Assembly (NCBI GenBank): GCA_903878275.1
Contig: CAIRHC010000006.1
Location: 79,633 to 143,632, forward strand
Length of the DNA: 64,000 nt
Direction of reading: 5' to 3'
Origin: Candidatus Vogelbacteria bacterium
GTDB lineage: Bacteria > Patescibacteriota > Minisyncoccia > Phycocordibacterales > XYD1-FULL-46-19
The notes under the pieces were generated by a model. That model was not told the DNA's origin, did not search any database, and saw nothing but the letters and a program-made list of their open reading frames with translations. This document shows positions 37,790 to 47,951 of the stretch, in pieces. Numbering within the stretch: the first letter of the stretch is position 1; every line of letters begins with the position of its first letter. Both the position numbers and the translations under genes were made by a program.

Positions 37790-39259
37790 CTATTTTTCTT
37801 TTGGTTTCATTAACGGAAAAATCTGCGCTTCGCGAATCGGCTTATCCATCAAAAAACTAAAAAGTCTCTCCGATAAACCAAAACCACAGGCCAGAGGCAT
37901 ACCATATTCCAAAGCTTCAACAAAATCCATATTTGCCATCTGAGCTTCTTCATCACCCGCTTCTCTTAATTTCTGTTGGCGTTCGAAACGTTGAGCTTGA
38001 TCAACCGGATCATTTAATTCGCTAAAACCTTTACCATTTTCTGAGCCAGCTAAAATTACCTGGAATCTCTCAACAACTCTTTCATCTCCTTTTTTCTTCT
38101 TGGCTAACGGCTCCATATATGTGGGAACATTTACAAGAAATCCGGGACCAGCTATTTTTTTTCTTAGTTTTTTCCAAGCAAGATCCATCAAACGCTCAAT
38201 GGACGCTCCAGGTTCAAAAAGAACCCCTTCTTTCTCTAACATCAAACCCCAACCCGTACCAGCTTCTCCATAATCACCTTCCTTAGGATCCAAACCGTAT
38301 TCCTTTTTCATCAAGTCACAGAAATCGTATTTTTCCCAAGCCTGCCCCAAGTCAATATCAAAATCTTTAATTTTAAATTTTAAAGTACCAAAAGTTTTTT
38401 GGGCAATGGCTTTATACAATTCTTCGACAAATTTCATTCCCCGATCGTAGTCCGAATAAGCCCAATAAAATTCCATTACCGAATAATCCTGCAAATGCTC
38501 GGCATCCATCCCCTCGTTACGAAAAATTCGTCCGATTTCAAAAACTTTCGGCAAACCCGCAATCATTAAACGTTTGAGCCACAACTCCGGCGCAATGCGC
38601 AAAGAAACGTCCAAATCTAGTGCATTGTGGTGAGTAGTAAAAGGTTTGGCTTCGGCGCCGCCTGGAATACTTTCTAAAATTGGCGTATCAACTTCCATAA
38701 AACCACGCTCGAGCATAAAATTTCGGATCGTCTGCCAAAAAAGCGAGCGCTTTTCTACCACCTCGCGAACTTCTGGATTGGTTAAAATATCTAAATATCT
38801 TTTACGCAAACGCTCTTCTTCGTCTTGCAAGCCAGCCCATTTTTCGGGAAGTGGTCGCAAACTTTTCGCTAAAATTTTCCAATCAGTACCTTGAACGGTT
38901 TTTTCACCTCGCTTGGTTACAAAAACCACACCGGCCACTTGCACAAAATCACCGATGTCAATTGTCTCCACAAATAAGTCAAATTTTTCTGGCAAATCAT
39001 CTTTTTTTAGTAAAGCTTGCAGATTGCCAGTGCCGTCATTCAAATCAAAAAAGGCTAAGCCACCTTGCACCCGCAAAGCCATAATTCGCCCACCCACAGT
39101 TATTTCCTTTTTGCTTTCTTCGAGCTTATCAAAATCTACCAACACCTGACCGACAGTATGATTAATTTCACATTTAGCCGGATAAGGTTCGATACCTTTT
39201 TCACGCAATATTTCAATTTTCTTTAAACGCTCTTTTCTAATTTCTTCGATTGAAGCCAT
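37790..39259 (-). CDS. lysS: Lysine--tRNA ligase (class II)
   Basis: RLRKRYLD, GGAEAKPFTTHHNAL, FRNEG, ALEYGMP. Confidence 0.95.
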   Translation of the reverse strand: MASIEEIRKERLKKIEILREKGIEPYPAKCEINHTVGQVLVDFDKLEESKKEITVGGRIMALRVQGGLAFFDLNDGTGNLQALLKKDDLPEKFDLFVETIDIGDFVQVAGVVFVTKRGEKTVQGTDWKILAKSLRPLPEKWAGLQDEEERLRKRYLDILTNPEVREVVEKRSLFWQTIRNFMLERGFMEVDTPILESIPGGAEAKPFTTHHNALDLDVSLRIAPELWLKRLMIAGLPKVFEIGRIFRNEGMDAEHLQDYSVMEFYWAYSDYDRGMKFVEELYKAIAQKTFGTLKFKIKDFDIDLGQAWEKYDFCDLMKKEYGLDPKEGDYGEAGTGWGLMLEKEGVLFEPGASIERLMDLAWKKLRKKIAGPGFLVNVPTYMEPLAKKKKGDERVVERFQVILAGSENGKGFSELNDPVDQAQRFERQQKLREAGDEEAQMANMDFVEALEYGMPLACGFGLSERLFSFLMDKPIREAQIFPLMKPKEK

Positions 39260-39305
39260 TGTTTTAGTTTATAGTTAGAAGGTCGTAGTTGGTAGTTAAT
39301 AAAAA

Positions 39306-39758
39306 TTATTTTATATCTACTATAGTATAACTTATTTCTCCTTTTGGCGTACTTACCGAAATAACGTCACCCTTTTTATGACCTAAAAGTGCCGAGCCAA
39401 GCGGTGATTGATAAGAAATTTTTCCGATTGACATATCGGCTTCTTCGGCACCAACTATCATAAATTCTTCATCACCACGATCGGCACGTTTGGTAATTAC
39501 CGTCACCCCCACTTCCACTTGATTACTATGATGAGATTCAACAATTTTAGAATTCTTTAAAATACTGTCGATCTCGATGATTCGATCTTCGACATCGGCC
39601 TGGTGCTCGCGCGCTTCGTGATATTCGGCATTCTCTGACAAGTCGCCCAAAGATTTGGCATACTCCAAACTTTCAGCATTTTTTTTCCGCTCCACTGTTT
39701 TTAAGTAATTAAGCTCGTCTCTTAATTCATCAAATTTTTCTTGACTTAGATATTGCAT
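39306..39758 (-). CDS. greA: Transcription elongation factor GreA
   Basis: GDLSENAEY, ISYQSPLGSALLG. Confidence 0.96.
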   Translation of the reverse strand: MQYLSQEKFDELRDELNYLKTVERKKNAESLEYAKSLGDLSENAEYHEAREHQADVEDRIIEIDSILKNSKIVESHHSNQVEVGVTVITKRADRGDEEFMIVGAEEADMSIGKISYQSPLGSALLGHKKGDVISVSTPKGEISYTIVDIK

Positions 39759-39832
39759 ACAATAAAAGGGCTATATTTTTTAATAGTCCGTTTATTATAG
39801 CTTATTTTCGACTAGATATCAAACAGCAAAGA

Positions 39833-41512
39833 TTAGGTATCTTTTAAATATTCCGGTGTATTCACGACCATCCAATCCAAGAGCTGACGCATTACGTACA
39901 CGCTACCAACCAGGTTTGTCCGTTCGCCTTTTTCCATTACAATGGCAAAAGAATAACGCGGTTTTTTATACGGAAAATAACCCGCCACCCAAGAGTTGAC
40001 CCGAATTTTTGTCACTCCAAGTTCCGCCGTACCGGTCTTGGCGGCAACTTCCACTTGCGGAATACTTAGAGCCATCGCGGTACCGTACACCACATCATCA
40101 CGTAAACCATCTTTAACTACCTGCAAATGTTCGTCTGGAATATTTATAGTATTTTGAATTTTTATTTCTTCAGGCAAAATTTTTCGCACCGTCGGTTGAA
40201 CCATTTTTCCGTCATTTGCCACCGCCGCATAAGCTCGCGCCATTTGAATTGGCGTGATTTGCGTCCCGTACTGACCAATCGCCGTGTGATATGTATTACC
40301 AAGGCGCCAGCCTTCACCGTTGAAAGTTTTAGCTTTCCACTCTGGCGTCGGAATTACTCCCTCTTCTTCTCCAAGCAAATCAATTCCGGTTTTTTTACTT
40401 AAACCATACATCAAAGCATATTTATCTATTTTTTCGATACCCAAACCTTTTTGCGAACCAAAACCACCACCAACTTCATAAAAATAAACATCCGACGAAA
40501 CGGCAATAGCTTTACGCATATCGACCGCGCCATGATTTTTCCAATCTTTAAAAATAGTTTCCTTAGTTTTGTCGTAAGGATTTGGCACTGAAATTTGACC
40601 GGTCGTATAGATAACTTTCTCGGGCGTAATAATATTTTCATTCAAAGCCCCGATCGCCACAAAAGTTTTAAAAATTGAACCCGGTGTGTACAGACCAGAC
40701 ACCACTCGATCAATTAGCGGTGTATTTTTGTCAGTTAGGTATTCTTTGATTTTTGCGGTGTTGGTAGCAACAGACATAATGTTTGAATCAAATTCGGGAA
40801 AACTCGTCAAAGCCAAAACCTCGCCAGTATTCACATCCAGCAAAACTCCAGCCCCGCCGGAAAAACCTTTTTCACCAGCAAGTTGTTTCATTATTTCGTA
40901 AAGTTTATTTTGCACCCGAGAATCTACCGCCAGATGTAAGTCTTTACCGCTAATTGGTTTTTGCACGATATAATCAGCCATACTTTTACCCGAAGCATTC
41001 ACCTCTTCAATTTTTACTCCTTTCGTGCCTAAAAGTTGATTGTTATAAACCCGCTCAACGCCGGACCGACCGACGAGTTCTTGGCTGTGATAATCATACT
41101 CGGTCAAATCTTTTTCGTTTGGCAAGCTGACATAGCCAAGCAAATGACCGAGTCCACCAGCCTCCAGATATTTCCGGCCATTATCATTCCACGCCATTTC
41201 TTTATTGTTGCGATCATAAATATTACCCCGATCTGGAAAAATCGGCGTAAAATTCAAACTATTGTTTTTGGCGTACTCTTGATAATAAGGACCTTTAATC
41301 ACCTCCAAATAAAAAACTCGCAAAACAAAGACTGACGCGACGGTTAAACAGAAAAATAAAAATAAAATAAAAACTGGTTTGCCAATGGCTTTTTCGATTC
41401 GTCCTTCAAACTGTTGGTTATCAAAAGCGGATAAATTTGAAGCATCCAAAAAAATCTCATCCGGATTTAATTCCTGCATTCTTTTTCTTTTGCGAAAAAA
41501 TAAATCGGACAT
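39833..41512 (-). CDS. mrdA: Penicillin-binding protein 2
   Basis: PGSIFK, SSDVYFY, KTGTAE; downstream of mreBC. Confidence 0.88.
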   Translation of the reverse strand: MSDLFFRKRKRMQELNPDEIFLDASNLSAFDNQQFEGRIEKAIGKPVFILFLFFCLTVASVFVLRVFYLEVIKGPYYQEYAKNNSLNFTPIFPDRGNIYDRNNKEMAWNDNGRKYLEAGGLGHLLGYVSLPNEKDLTEYDYHSQELVGRSGVERVYNNQLLGTKGVKIEEVNASGKSMADYIVQKPISGKDLHLAVDSRVQNKLYEIMKQLAGEKGFSGGAGVLLDVNTGEVLALTSFPEFDSNIMSVATNTAKIKEYLTDKNTPLIDRVVSGLYTPGSIFKTFVAIGALNENIITPEKVIYTTGQISVPNPYDKTKETIFKDWKNHGAVDMRKAIAVSSDVYFYEVGGGFGSQKGLGIEKIDKYALMYGLSKKTGIDLLGEEEGVIPTPEWKAKTFNGEGWRLGNTYHTAIGQYGTQITPIQMARAYAAVANDGKMVQPTVRKILPEEIKIQNTINIPDEHLQVVKDGLRDDVVYGTAMALSIPQVEVAAKTGTAELGVTKIRVNSWVAGYFPYKKPRYSFAIVMEKGERTNLVGSVYVMRQLLDWMVVNTPEYLKDT

Positions 41513-41515
41513 ATT

Positions 41516-41788
41516 TTAATGATAAATAAAAATTCTTTTTCTAACTTCTCCGACCAACAATAAAAATAGTGCGGTACAAATGGTCACCAGGAAAAACGGG
41601 TGCCACCACTCATCGGCTGGTAAACTATACAAAATATCAAAAATAAAAGCCGGAGCAATCATCTCGTAATAATTCTTAAAATAAAATCCGAACAAAAAAA
41701 ATAAAGCAAACGTAAAAAACCATGGCAAAGACACAACCGAAAAAATTAATAATGTTAAAACACTAATTCTGACCAGCATAGATTTCAA
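41516..41788 (-). CDS. Small membrane protein in the MreD position
   Basis: Very hydrophobic 90 aa, between mreC and mrdA. Confidence 0.55.
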   Translation of the reverse strand: MKSMLVRISVLTLLIFSVVSLPWFFTFALFFLFGFYFKNYYEMIAPAFIFDILYSLPADEWWHPFFLVTICTALFLLLVGEVRKRIFIYH

Positions 41789-42590
41789 GCCACTTTAATT
41801 GAACAATGTTGACCGGCGAACGAAACAAAATGGTCTGAAAAGGATCACTGGTTTTTTTAGTAATAACATCAGCTTGACCAACAAAATAATTTCGCCATCC
41901 AGGCACCGTGATACTATCACCTTTTTTTATCTCTACATCTTTGGGTAAAGAAATAGAAAAACTTCCGTTGCTTAGACCTTTGGCAGTCGCAGGAATATTT
42001 TTGCCACCAATCGCCACTGAAAGTTCTGAATAAGCCGACAATAACTTAACTTTTGATTTAGTCGGAAAAACTTCGGCAATCTGCCCAAGAAGCACATTGT
42101 TGTAAACGACAAAATCCCCGACTTTAATCGCCCGCGACACGTTTTTATCGCCAACATCCAAAACGAGCGAATCATTAAAAATTAAATTTGGCGTAAAAAT
42201 AACTTGAGCGATAACCGGCACGCTAGTTTGATCGACCCGACCTAACACTTTTTTTAATTCCGCATTTTCCTTAACCAAGCTTTGCGCTTGAATTAAATTT
42301 AATTTCAAAGTCAAATTTTCCTTTTTCAGTTGGCGAGTTTCCTCGACCAAGTTTTTGGTATTTTGCCAAGAGGCGCCGAAGTTTGTCAGCCCGCGAGCGA
42401 TAAAATTATCACCGCCAGTAATAGGCATCAAAATAGCCGACACCGGCCGAAACAACCAGCCCAGCAAACCGAAACCCCAAAGATAAAGAACAACGATCAA
42501 AACACCGATGACTACATTTCGAATTGTCTCGGTGTTATCTTTTTTACGATAAGAAGTATTAGCGGGGCGGAAGCTCATCTTCGTTGTCAA
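41763..42590 (-). CDS. mreC: Rod shape-determining protein MreC
   Basis: TM, coiled coil ENAELKKVLG, beta domains; follows mreB. Confidence 0.82.
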   Translation of the reverse strand: MTTKMSFRPANTSYRKKDNTETIRNVVIGVLIVVLYLWGFGLLGWLFRPVSAILMPITGGDNFIARGLTNFGASWQNTKNLVEETRQLKKENLTLKLNLIQAQSLVKENAELKKVLGRVDQTSVPVIAQVIFTPNLIFNDSLVLDVGDKNVSRAIKVGDFVVYNNVLLGQIAEVFPTKSKVKLLSAYSELSVAIGGKNIPATAKGLSNGSFSISLPKDVEIKKGDSITVPGWRNYFVGQADVITKKTSDPFQTILFRSPVNIVQLKWLEIYAGQN

Positions 42591-43614
42591 TTAAAATATC
42601 TTGATAACGTGAGATATCGTCGAGAATAACACCGGTACCACGGACGACAGCCGTTTGTGGTTCCTCGGCTAGAAAAATTGGGATTTCGATTTCTTTTTCT
42701 AGTAATTCCCGCAAGCCCTTAATCAGCGAACCGCCTCCGACGATGACGATTCCTCGACGCATAATATCCGAGACAACCTCGGGTGGGGTTTCTTCTAAAA
42801 CTTCTTTAATGGCATCAATAAACAACGCCACCGAACCAGCAATCGCTTCGCGAATATCTGAATCCGTAATCGCTACTTCGCGAGGCAGACCAGTCACCAG
42901 ATCTCGTCCGCGAATCAAAGCCTCGGTCGAATCGCCTTGTTTTAAAACAGTACCAATGGTCAATTTTACTTCTTCCGCCGTTTTTTCACCCAGTAAAATT
43001 TTAAATTCATCACGCACATAAGCAATAATATCTTGATTAAAAGTTTCACCCGCAATGTGTAAATTTTTTGAGTTGACGACACCACCAAGAGAAATCACCG
43101 CGATATCGGTCGTACCACCACCAACATCAACAATCATATTACCGACCGGTTCGTAAATCGGCATATTCACCCCAATCGCCGCCGCCATTGGTCCTTCCAC
43201 CACATGCACCTCTCGCGCGCCAGCATTTTTTATAGCATCACGCACGGCGCGTCGCTCGACATTGGTAATGCCCGACGGCACACTGACCACAACATTCGGA
43301 CGAACAATTTTTGAACCCGACAACTCGACAATCTTTTTGAAAAAATAGCCGATCATTTCTTCCGCCATTTCAAAATTAGAAATCACACCACCAACCAGTG
43401 GTTTGATCGCTTGGATGTGAGCTGGCGTGCGTCCGGTCATCTGGCTAGCATCAGTCCCCACTGCCACCACGCGACCAGTCTTTTGATTGATCGCCACCAT
43501 CGATGGTTCCACCAAAACAATCCCTTTGCCTTTAATATAAATAAGTGTACTGTGCGTACCCAAATCAATACCGACATCGTGAGAAAATATTTTGTTGAAA
43601 CCGCCCCAATTCAT
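42559..43614 (-). CDS. mreB: Actin-like MreB (operonic copy)
   Basis: GIDLGT, EPSMVA, VDVGGGTTD, VGGGSL. Confidence 0.93.
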   Translation of the reverse strand: MNWGGFNKIFSHDVGIDLGTHSTLIYIKGKGIVLVEPSMVAINQKTGRVVAVGTDASQMTGRTPAHIQAIKPLVGGVISNFEMAEEMIGYFFKKIVELSGSKIVRPNVVVSVPSGITNVERRAVRDAIKNAGAREVHVVEGPMAAAIGVNMPIYEPVGNMIVDVGGGTTDIAVISLGGVVNSKNLHIAGETFNQDIIAYVRDEFKILLGEKTAEEVKLTIGTVLKQGDSTEALIRGRDLVTGLPREVAITDSDIREAIAGSVALFIDAIKEVLEETPPEVVSDIMRRGIVIVGGGSLIKGLRELLEKEIEIPIFLAEEPQTAVVRGTGVILDDISRYQDILIDNEDELPPR

Positions 43615-43757
43615 CCCGTTAGTGAAAATTTCAGATCATTTTTGTCGCCAATACAATCTTAGATTTTAAATTAATTTTTAGTAATTTTGACCTTTTCTAA
43701 TATACCTACTTTATAGAATCATGACAATCTGAAATTTCTACTACGGGATTCATAATA

Positions 43758-45011
43758 TTAATTTTTCATTCGTTCATAAAAATCAGCCAGCGAGAGCATT
43801 TCCGCTTCAGTATTTTGTCGTCCTTTTAATTCGATCTGACCGGCGCTAAAAGTTTTTTCACTAATCACCGCACGATAAGGAAAACCAAACAAATCGGCTT
43901 CCGCCATTTTTTCACCAGCCGAAATGTCTCGCTCATCAAAAAGCACTTCTACGCCCATTTCGGTCAGTTTCTGATAAACTTCTTCGGCTTGTTTATAAGC
44001 CTCGGTCCCCGCTTTTGCCAGACAAATCAGACTAATTTTAAACGGTGCAATTTCTTTTGGCCAGACCAAACCTTTTTCATCAGACAAAACTTCCGCCACG
44101 GTGCCCATCACTCGTCCAAGACCAATACCATAGCAACCCATCACGACCGGTTTTTTCTCGCCATTTTCATCGGTATAAACCAAATCCAGCGCCAAGGAAA
44201 ACTTGGTGCCAAGTTTGAAGATATTCCCCACCTCAATCGCTTTAACTTCTTCTAATTCTTCTCGCTTGATACCCAAGTCGTTTAAAGTTTCATCATTTAA
44301 AACTTCTTCGTTGATCGCAATTTTTTTCTCCACGTTTACAAAAATCTTATCTTCACCAGCTTCACTTAAAGTCTGATATTCGTGACTGTATTTACTAAAA
44401 GTCCCACCACTCGAAAAAGTAATATAGGTCAAATCGCCCAGACCGCAACGCTCATAAATCCGCTCATAAGCTCCTTTCGCTTTATCATAAAAATCATCGA
44501 GACTTTCTTCGTCAGCGTGAAAAGAGTACAAATCTTTCATTAAAAATTCACGCCCGCGCATAATGCCACTTTTCGCCCGAAGCTCGTTACGGAATTTAGT
44601 TTGAAATTGATAAACACTCATCGGCAAATCTTTGTACGAGCTGATATGGTCACGCATAATATTTGCCACCATTTCTTCGTGCGTTGTCCCAAGACCAATT
44701 TCACCACCCGCTTTCAATTCAGTTTTAAACCAAACATCAAGCACCTCATCATCCCAACGACCAGTTTTTTTCCATAATTCTGGATTTTGAAAAGCCGTCA
44801 TCGACAATTCGACACCGCCAATATTATTTATTTCTTCACGAATAATATCTTCGATTTTTTTAAGCACCCGCAAACCAAGCGGAAGATACGAATAAACTCC
44901 CGCGAGCTCCTTATGAATAAAACCCGCTCGAATCAAAAGTTTGGCGTTTTTTGATTGCTCGTCTTTCGGGTCTTCCCGACGAGTCTTTGAAAATAATTGA
45001 GATCGTAACAT
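43758..45011 (-). CDS. proS: Proline--tRNA ligase (short form without INS editing domain)
   Basis: LLIRAGFI, THEE, KFRNELR, REFLMKDLYSF, IEVGNIFKLG, MGCYGIG. Confidence 0.93.
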   Translation of the reverse strand: MLRSQLFSKTRREDPKDEQSKNAKLLIRAGFIHKELAGVYSYLPLGLRVLKKIEDIIREEINNIGGVELSMTAFQNPELWKKTGRWDDEVLDVWFKTELKAGGEIGLGTTHEEMVANIMRDHISSYKDLPMSVYQFQTKFRNELRAKSGIMRGREFLMKDLYSFHADEESLDDFYDKAKGAYERIYERCGLGDLTYITFSSGGTFSKYSHEYQTLSEAGEDKIFVNVEKKIAINEEVLNDETLNDLGIKREELEEVKAIEVGNIFKLGTKFSLALDLVYTDENGEKKPVVMGCYGIGLGRVMGTVAEVLSDEKGLVWPKEIAPFKISLICLAKAGTEAYKQAEEVYQKLTEMGVEVLFDERDISAGEKMAEADLFGFPYRAVISEKTFSAGQIELKGRQNTEAEMLSLADFYERMKN

Positions 45012-45061
45012 ATAGCCTTATCTTAAACCAAAAGGTAGATAAGGTCAAAATATGCTTAAGA

Positions 45062-46174
45062 TTAGAACATTTTAGCGATATCGCTATAGGCGACCACCGC
45101 CATTAGAAGCATCAGAAGTCCGAAGCCGATGAGATTTAAAGTATTGGCGATTTTCGGGTTTAATCTCTTGTTTCTTATTCCTTCAACTGCAAGAAATAAT
45201 AATCGCCCGCCATCAAGTGCTGGAAATGGCAAAAGATTTAGCACCGCCAAGTTTATCGAAATTATTGCCATAAAGTTTATCAAATAAACCACGCCCATTC
45301 GGCTCGCATCGCCCACCATTCCAAATAAGCCGATTGGACCAGACACGGATTTTAATGCCGAGCTACCTTCCGTAAAAATACTAGTGAAAAAATATTTGAG
45401 ACCCAAGACAGTATTTATGGTTAGGTCATAAGTAAAAATCGCACCGTAATAAAGCGATTGCCACCAAGACATTTGCACGATACCAACTTTTTCCATCGCA
45501 ATACCAATAGAAGGAGCATCTCCGACTACTCCCTTTTTAGGTACAACAGTCAAAACCGAGGTTGTCGCCACGCCACCAACTTTTCTTAAACAGGAAACGA
45601 CAACATTTTTGTCGCCATATTTATTGACAAATTCTTTGACAGTTTCTGGTTCAGGATTATTCAAAATGTCATCGCCAATACTAAATTTAAGTAAACTATC
45701 CCCCGCCAACAAGCCAGCTTTTTCGGCCGGTGAGTTTTTTAAAACATTAGTCACCAGCAATTTTGATTCGGTTACTTTGGCACCAGCGGGAATATCAGAC
45801 AAAGAAATCGGCATCCCAAGCGAAAGATTGAGAGAAATTAAAAGCCAAGCTAAGACAAGGTTCAAGGTCACACCAGCCACCAAAACCGCCGCCTGAACTA
45901 AGCGGGGTTTGTTGACCAAGCTCCGCTTACTATCAGGACCATTGGTCGACTCTTCGTCAGGATCTTCACCATAAATTTTTACAAAACCACCCACCGGAAT
46001 AGCGTTCAAAGAATAGGTTGTCTCCCCTTTTTTCCAGCTAAAAACTTTTGGCGGAAAACCAAAACCAAATTCATCCACGCGAATCCCAAATTTTTTCGCG
46101 ACCGAAAAATGCCCCAGCTCGTGAGTAATAATTAAAACGGCTAAAACAAATATGAATATTGCAAGGGTTACCAT
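45062..46174 (-). CDS. rseP: RIP metalloprotease RseP (M50, PDZ)
   Basis: HELGH, NLLPFPALDGG. Confidence 0.92.
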   Translation of the reverse strand: MVTLAIFIFVLAVLIITHELGHFSVAKKFGIRVDEFGFGFPPKVFSWKKGETTYSLNAIPVGGFVKIYGEDPDEESTNGPDSKRSLVNKPRLVQAAVLVAGVTLNLVLAWLLISLNLSLGMPISLSDIPAGAKVTESKLLVTNVLKNSPAEKAGLLAGDSLLKFSIGDDILNNPEPETVKEFVNKYGDKNVVVSCLRKVGGVATTSVLTVVPKKGVVGDAPSIGIAMEKVGIVQMSWWQSLYYGAIFTYDLTINTVLGLKYFFTSIFTEGSSALKSVSGPIGLFGMVGDASRMGVVYLINFMAIISINLAVLNLLPFPALDGGRLLFLAVEGIRNKRLNPKIANTLNLIGFGLLMLLMAVVAYSDIAKMF

Positions 46175-46176
46175 TT

Positions 46177-46728
46177 TTAGTTCATTATTTCTTTCTCTTT
46201 ACGATCTGCCATTTCTTCAAGTTTTTTATTGGCGTCATCAACAATTTTTTGTAATTCATCTTTGGCTTTGAATTTTTCGTCTTCAGATAATTCTCCACCT
46301 TTTTCTTTGTCTTGAATATCACCCCAAATTTTCTCTCGTTCTTTTTTAATAGAAATTCGTCCGTCCTCCAATTTTTCGCTGACAATTTTCATCAGCATTT
46401 TTCGACGCTCTTCGGTCAACGCCGGAAAGCTCAAGCGGAGACCATCAGTATCGGGCGAGACCGACAAACCCATATTGGATTGTTCGATGGATTTTTGGAT
46501 TATTCCAATCTGACTTTTATCCCACGGGCTAACGCGCAAAGTTTTAGCATCTTCAATCGAAATCGCTGCCACGTGTTTGATTGGCATTTTCGAGCCGTAA
46601 GATTCTACCATCACATTATCAAGAATTTGCGGTGTCGCCTTGCCTGTCCGAACATTAGAATACTCGCGCACCAACCATTCATCGACTTCTCCTAATTTTA
46701 TTTTAAATACTGAAAAATTGTATGACAT
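46177..46728 (-). CDS. frr: Ribosome recycling factor
   Basis: VRTGKATP, PALTEERRK, LSEDE, KEKEIM. Confidence 0.95.
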   Translation of the reverse strand: MSYNFSVFKIKLGEVDEWLVREYSNVRTGKATPQILDNVMVESYGSKMPIKHVAAISIEDAKTLRVSPWDKSQIGIIQKSIEQSNMGLSVSPDTDGLRLSFPALTEERRKMLMKIVSEKLEDGRISIKKEREKIWGDIQDKEKGGELSEDEKFKAKDELQKIVDDANKKLEEMADRKEKEIMN

Positions 46729-46791
46729 AAATATATTAAAAACTGATAAGCTTTTAAATTATAACGGAAAATTAATAAAAAACCAATCTAT

Positions 46792-46820
46792 TTGACAATA
46801 TTAAGTTAACAGTGTATAGT
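46792..46820 (+). promoter_or_regulatory. Sigma70-type promoter
   Basis: TTGACA-17 nt-TATAGT. Confidence 0.65.
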
Positions 46821-46873
46821 TTGGGAAGATTTAGTAACTTGTTGTTAGCCACCAACTTAGAGAGGACATATCA

Positions 46874-47161
46874 ATGAATTTCGTAAGACTCAAGATCACC
46901 AGCCTTTTTGAGGGTTTCTATCTCGCTATCCCAGAAGATACCGAGGACAGCGAAGACCAGAGATTAAAAAAGGAAGCGTTCAGGGTAACGGACGATCTAC
47001 TTAAATTTCTTGTCCATCAGGACGGTTGTGACCTTGAGGATATCGATAAGAAAGTTTTTATCGTAACTCTTAGCAAGCACAGCCATCACCGTCTCTTATT
47101 TTGGCAAGAAGAATCCTTGAGTAGGCGAAAGATGCTCAAGATCGAAGTCATCCACCACTAG
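46874..47161 (+). CDS. Small orphan protein
   Basis: 95-aa ORF with promoter, GAGGA SD and downstream hairpin. Confidence 0.55.
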   Translation: MNFVRLKITSLFEGFYLAIPEDTEDSEDQRLKKEAFRVTDDLLKFLVHQDGCDLEDIDKKVFIVTLSKHSHHRLLFWQEESLSRRKMLKIEVIHH

Positions 47162-47240
47162 TCCCCGCCCCGAATGCAAAGGCCTCAAGCTTTCGCATTC
47201 GGGGCTTTTGTTTTATCCCATACTTTACCAAAAAAGTACT

Positions 47241-47945
47241 CTAAACTATCAGAGCAATGTGTTCCAAAATCAACCGCACCGAGGACCGCGGATTGGACAG
47301 ATAGTTTCTCGCTTTTTCAATTTCACTCAAAGCAAAGATTAAGTCTTTGCCGGCTTCGCTTATTTTTTTGACTTTATCTCTCAACACCCTTTCCAGCTCA
47401 TTTAAAAAATCAAAAACTTCACCCTTGCCGATATCTTTATTTTTTATAAATTCTTTTTGAACAAACTCCAGACGAGCTTGTGGTTCTAGTTTAAGAAATT
47501 TAGAGACAAGCGGTACCGCCAAAGTTTCGCTTAATGAAACTTCGGCGGTGATATTTTTAATTATCTCAAAACGAGATTTCAGGGTCGGCAAAAAAATATC
47601 TTCGGAACGCACAATAATAAAAAAGTGGTTATCGCTGGCTGGCTCTTCAAAAGTTTTGAGTAACGCATTTTGCGCTTCGACGGTAATCGAATCAATTGTT
47701 AAAACAAAATATCGCCCAAGCTCGCCAAAAGCTCTTTTGTTTTGTCGCCCACGCAAATCCAAACTTTCTTTGATGCCAAAAGTTGAAAATTTTTCTTGCC
47801 AATAGTCAGGATTCGATGACAAATCAACCGTTTTTAATTTCTCCTTAATTATTTTTTCCACCTCCGACAAAATCGTCGCCGGCTGACCAACCAAAAGATA
47901 AGCGTGATGGAGATTTTTATTTTCAAAAATTTTAGTTAAAAACAT
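47241..47945 (-). CDS. holB: DNA polymerase III delta-prime-like subunit (short)
   Basis: HHAYLLVG, EAQNALLKTFEEP, LPTLKSR. Confidence 0.8.
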   Translation of the reverse strand: MFLTKIFENKNLHHAYLLVGQPATILSEVEKIIKEKLKTVDLSSNPDYWQEKFSTFGIKESLDLRGRQNKRAFGELGRYFVLTIDSITVEAQNALLKTFEEPASDNHFFIIVRSEDIFLPTLKSRFEIIKNITAEVSLSETLAVPLVSKFLKLEPQARLEFVQKEFIKNKDIGKGEVFDFLNELERVLRDKVKKISEAGKDLIFALSEIEKARNYLSNPRSSVRLILEHIALIV

Positions 47946-47951
47946 TTCTAC

